Positions 27,079 to 30,761 of a stretch of 30,761 nt of DNA are shown here, one piece after another (the stretch's first letter is position 1; every line of letters begins with the position of its first letter). Both the position numbers and the translations under genes were made by a program. Source of the stretch: a virus (lineage: Duplodnaviria; Caudoviricetes); the IMG/VR virus record IMGVR_UViG_3300024520_000341, positions 1 through 30,761 of that record; one strand, given 5' to 3'. The notes beneath the pieces are model-generated. The model was not told the DNA's origin. It did not search any database and saw nothing but the letters and a program-made list of their open reading frames with translations.

Positions 27079-28377
27079 ATGTCGACTTATACATTAGTAT
27101 TCGGGAGCGGTACGATTCTCCCATCTGGGACTAGCTACTTAGCTCTGACCATAGCTGCGAACGCGACGCTGGAGTGGCCGATCGATCAGGTCTCATCTGC
27201 GAACATACTCGCGGACATCTTAGACATCACCGCGTCTACGACTTCACTGACGTTGGCTCTCCCCGATGCCACGAAAGGCCCGAACGGTAAGATCGTAATC
27301 GTTAATAATCTCGGCGCGAACACGTTCACGGTCGTCGATACTGGAGGAAATACTGTTCAGGCAGTGGCGTCCGGTGAGATATGGTCTATTTATCTCGCGG
27401 ATAATTCTACGGCGAACGGAACATGGAGGTCTCTAGAATTCGGAGCCGGCACTTCGTCCGCGTCCGCTGCGTCACTCGTCGGGGCGGGAATCAAAGCGGT
27501 CACTACGACGCTCAATCAGAAGGTCGACCAGGACGACAAGTCTTCTTCGCCCTACACTGTAGACGCCGCTGATCGAGCTCGCCTTATCAACTGGACCGGG
27601 GGAGCGGGGACGTTTGATCTGACAGCGGCGGCGACGCTCGCGGCGGACTGGTTCTGTCTCGTACGCAACTCTGGTTCTGGCGATTTGACCATCGACCCAA
27701 ATGGAGCTGAGTTAATCGACGCTGCGGCGACCATCACGCTTCCACCTCTGTCGTCTACTATAGTTGTCTGCGACGGCTCTGCGTTTGTCACTGTCGGTAA
27801 CTCAGTCAACACGCTCCTGGCGTCTACGACTGCGGCTGGTCGCATAGAAATTGCCACTGACGCCGAAGCCATCGCGCTATCATCTAGTTCGCTGGCCATC
27901 GTACCATCTAACTTGAAGGACGTGATTGGCATCACCAAGCGAAAGACGGCAGACGAAACGACTAACACCGATACTGCGATGTCAACCGATGCAGACTTGG
28001 CGGGAATCACTCTGGTGATTGACTCGCACTATCTCATAGAAGGTCTGTTCCTCTTCAACGTTGCCAACGGCACTATGGGATTCAAGTGGGATCTCATCTA
28101 CAACCAGACTGAGCAAGAATCGGCGTTCGGGTGGGACTACTGGGGAACTCTCCTGTCGGCCGGAGTACTCTCCGTTGCATCGCAGACCGGGCTCACCTCC
28201 ACTCAGACACAAGTTCCAACGGGATCTGGCAATTCCGCAGTGTTCGTCAAGGGATACATACACTCTCATCTGACAGTTGCTGACACTCTCGAAATGAGAT
28301 GGGCTCAGTCTGTGTCTGACGGAAGTAACCTGACTCTGCTCAAGGGCTCGTACCTACACGCTCGAAGGATTGCGTAG
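27079..28377 (+). CDS. Tail fibre/spike-like structural protein
   Basis: Thr/Ser/Ala-rich beta repeats, VRNSGSG.LTIDP.G.E.ID module, ASTTAAGRIEIAT.AE fibre knuckle, C-terminal TLEMRWAQ..S...TLLKGSYL tip. Confidence 0.65.
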   Translation: MSTYTLVFGSGTILPSGTSYLALTIAANATLEWPIDQVSSANILADILDITASTTSLTLALPDATKGPNGKIVIVNNLGANTFTVVDTGGNTVQAVASGEIWSIYLADNSTANGTWRSLEFGAGTSSASAASLVGAGIKAVTTTLNQKVDQDDKSSSPYTVDAADRARLINWTGGAGTFDLTAAATLAADWFCLVRNSGSGDLTIDPNGAELIDAAATITLPPLSSTIVVCDGSAFVTVGNSVNTLLASTTAAGRIEIATDAEAIALSSSSLAIVPSNLKDVIGITKRKTADETTNTDTAMSTDADLAGITLVIDSHYLIEGLFLFNVANGTMGFKWDLIYNQTEQESAFGWDYWGTLLSAGVLSVASQTGLTSTQTQVPTGSGNSAVFVKGYIHSHLTVADTLEMRWAQSVSDGSNLTLLKGSYLHARRIA

Positions 28378-29894
28378 TGAGAACATCCCCGATAATCCTT
28401 GCATCTCAGGGAGGCGTGTCGAGAGACGGCACGAACCTCGACGGGGATCAGTACGCCGATGCTCAGTGGTGCCGGTTCCAGCGTGGTCGCCCTCGTAAAA
28501 TGGGAGGGTACACTACGCTGTCGGGTTCACTCGCTGAGATTTCCAGAGGTGCGGTCGTGTTCTCTGAGGATGGGGAAAGTTGTATTCACCTCGGCGGCGC
28601 GAACGGGCTTCAGCAGATCAACGTAACCTCTTCGGGAATTGTTTCTGGCAACAATACCAGGACGCCCACTGCGCTCTCGGCGAACGCGAATAACCTGTGG
28701 CAGTTCGCCATCATGTTCGACGCTACGTCGGTGACGAACAAAATAATTGCCCACGTTGCGCCGAACTTGACGAACATCGACAGCTCTTCCCCCGGTGCGA
28801 TGTACATTGGCGACGTGTGCGGGACTAGCTTGCTGACCGCGCTGACTCCGGTCCTGTCCGGTGGGATCTTCGCGCTTCACCCGTATATGTTCACGTTCGG
28901 CAGTGACGGGTACGTCGTATGGAGCGACGCGAACAAGCCGGATACGTATACCGGAGGTCAATCTGGGGAAGCTCGCATCACGAGTTCTAAGATCGTGGCG
29001 GGTCACAAGTTGCGCGGGAGCGGGAACCCGGCTGGCCTATTATGGTCTCTGGATGCGTTGATCAAGACTACGTTCGTGGGCGGATCGTCAATATGGGACT
29101 TCGACACTATAGCGGACGATCTGTCCATCCTGTCCACGCGAAGTATTATTGAGTACGACGGAATTCACTTCTGGCTGGAGACTGATCGCATCGTCATGTT
29201 TAACGGTGTCGTTCGCGAAGTCCCCAATAACGAGAACGTGAACCACTTCTTTGACAACCTCAATTTCGCGGAGCGCCAGAAGGTCTTCGCGTACAAAGTC
29301 CCTCGGTTCGGTGAAATTTGGTGGTGCTACCCGAGGGGGACTGCGACGGAGTGTACCCACGCGATCATCTTCAACATCCGCGAGGGATACTGGTACGACA
29401 CTGAGCTCCCGCACTCCGGCAGAGCTGACGGCGTCGTCCCGTCGATATACGAGAAGCCGTTCATGACCGGAGTAGACGTTGACAGTGGGGCGTACACTCT
29501 TTGGCAGCACGAGGACGGAGTCAACGAGGTTGACCTAGGCGGAACTGAGAAAGCTATCCAGTCGTACTTCGAAACGGCTGAGTTTGCCATGTTCAAGTCA
29601 GACGAGCCGACCGACCAGAGCATGCGCGTGAACAGGATAGAACCTGACTTCAAGCAGACCGGCGACATGACGGTGATCGTTCGTGGAAGATCTAACGCTC
29701 GCGCAGAGGTCAGGGATAGTCTACCCATAACCTTCTCGTCGTCCGCGAGCACTCCTGGTGAGCAGACTGTTACGGAGAAGGAAGTCCGTCGCCTCATGAG
29801 TTTCAAATTCGAGTCCAATACCAAAGACGGCGACTACGAGATGGGTCAGCCCGTGATTCACGTCGGCCCAACTGATACGAGGGTAGAATCGTGA
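28377..29894 (+). CDS. Tail nozzle/hub (tubular protein B or P22 gp10-like, beta-propeller)
   Basis: W.RFQRGRPRKMGG start, FGEIWWCYP.G...EC..AIIFN..E..WY, RIEPDF; follows adaptor and fibre genes. Confidence 0.7.
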   Translation: MRTSPIILASQGGVSRDGTNLDGDQYADAQWCRFQRGRPRKMGGYTTLSGSLAEISRGAVVFSEDGESCIHLGGANGLQQINVTSSGIVSGNNTRTPTALSANANNLWQFAIMFDATSVTNKIIAHVAPNLTNIDSSSPGAMYIGDVCGTSLLTALTPVLSGGIFALHPYMFTFGSDGYVVWSDANKPDTYTGGQSGEARITSSKIVAGHKLRGSGNPAGLLWSLDALIKTTFVGGSSIWDFDTIADDLSILSTRSIIEYDGIHFWLETDRIVMFNGVVREVPNNENVNHFFDNLNFAERQKVFAYKVPRFGEIWWCYPRGTATECTHAIIFNIREGYWYDTELPHSGRADGVVPSIYEKPFMTGVDVDSGAYTLWQHEDGVNEVDLGGTEKAIQSYFETAEFAMFKSDEPTDQSMRVNRIEPDFKQTGDMTVIVRGRSNARAEVRDSLPITFSSSASTPGEQTVTEKEVRRLMSFKFESNTKDGDYEMGQPVIHVGPTDTRVES

Positions 29895-30118
29895 TCGACG
29901 TCAGGGGAACCGGCGCGGTAGACTGGATGGACAATACGTCCCTCCTGCTTCCGGCGAACACCCCTATCATAAAGGTTCGCGACGAGTCTCAGTGGAAGGA
30001 GTGGGCTCGCGCAATCATTGGTATCAACGAAATTTCGGCGTTCAGCCCTCCGGACCCAGATGATTACGATCTCTGGCACGAGTGGGCCGAAGAATTCAAT
30101 TACGCAGTAGATCTGTAG
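29891..30118 (+). CDS. Small Trp-rich conserved phage protein
   Basis: W.EWA...PDP..Y..W.EWAE pattern; GTGA overlap with the nozzle gene. Confidence 0.65.
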   Translation: MIDVRGTGAVDWMDNTSLLLPANTPIIKVRDESQWKEWARAIIGINEISAFSPPDPDDYDLWHEWAEEFNYAVDL

Positions 30119-30129
30119 GAGCATAGATA

Positions 30130-30761
30130 ATGTCACAGCAAGGTGGATACGCCCCTGTTGCCGACTGGGCCAAGAGCAAGTACGACGCCGACGGTAACTA
30201 TATTAAGAACTCATCGAGAGCACTTGGGGACTTCATCCCGGATAGAGACGTCGTTGCTCCTTTGGGGGAAGCTCCTGACGGGTTCCAATTCGCTAACTAC
30301 GAAGGCGGCGATCGATTTGGCGTACTCGGTGTCGGATCCGAAGACCGAGGTCGATACCGTTGGCGGGATCAGTGGTCGGAATTCGAGAAGTCTCCAGGGT
30401 ACAAACCTCCGCCTCCGATTCGCCCTCCGAATCTGATGAACATGGAGGGCGGAACGGAGAAGCGGTGGGCGATTAGAGACTGGGAAGATTCTTGGGATGA
30501 GTACGAGGCTGAGTTCCCAGGAGCTAAAGCCGCGTTCATTGGACAGAACAACGAGACTGCCCACGATGCTACCATCAGCAAGAACAACGACATGCGACCC
30601 GGCATCATCAAGGGAGTGGTCGGTGCTGGAATAACTGCGGGGCTTCTATCGGGGTTAGGGGCTGCGGGAGCGTCTGGCTCGGAAGCAGTCGCAGGCGCAG
30701 CCCCGGAAGGTGCTCTTACGGGAATCGATATGGCATCTCTTCCTGTAAGAATCGGTGGAGG
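30130..30761 (+). CDS. Putative internal virion/ejection protein, truncated by window edge
   Basis: Translated by hand from ATG 30130 (AGGAG SD), open to the end: MSQQGGYAPVADWAK...GIIKGVVGAGITAGLLSGLGAAGASG. The Gly/Ala hydrophobic segment and the position after the nozzle suggest an ejection protein. Confidence 0.55.
   Translation, partial: MSQQGGYAPVADWAKSKYDADGNYIKNSSRALGDFIPDRDVVAPLGEAPDGFQFANYEGGDRFGVLGVGSEDRGRYRWRDQWSEFEKSPGYKPPPPIRPPNLMNMEGGTEKRWAIRDWEDSWDEYEAEFPGAKAAFIGQNNETAHDATISKNNDMRPGIIKGVVGAGITAGLLSGLGAAGASGSEAVAGAAPEGALTGIDMASLPVRIGG

Noticed and set aside
20769-28377. Possible diversity-generating retroelement target in fibre genes
   Set aside because: No reverse transcriptase and no template/variable repeat pair differing at adenines were seen in this window.

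Overview
This window is part of a tailed dsDNA phage genome with a podovirus-like (P22-style scaffold, no protease seen) head module; the host is probably Gram-negative. At the left is a leftward replication arm (TOPRIM primase fused to an SF3-type helicase, cut by the window edge, plus a small RHH-like regulator). A ~550-bp divergent control region follows, with an operator-like palindrome, an iteron/AT-rich origin candidate and a long rod-shaped RNA hairpin. The rest is one rightward morphogenesis operon. In order: small terminase; a ~5.3-kb accessory insert (Tat-like peptide, Calx-beta/putative glycoside hydrolase protein, appendage-like proteins, RyR-domain protein); large terminase; an R-S-E ADP-ribosyltransferase; portal; GroES-like co-chaperonin; scaffold; cement; major capsid; virion accessory/fibre genes; connector; an embedded lysis cassette; adaptor; tail fibre; nozzle; and the start of a likely ejection protein. 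The most notable observations are the ADP-ribosyltransferase translationally coupled between terminase and portal, a three-way-junction RNA with two matching 9-nt loops after the capsid gene, other structured intergenic RNAs, and an exact 20-bp in-frame repeat flanking a domain of a fibre gene. No tRNA, CRISPR array, integrase or transposase was seen. All family calls come from motif recognition by eye, not database searches.
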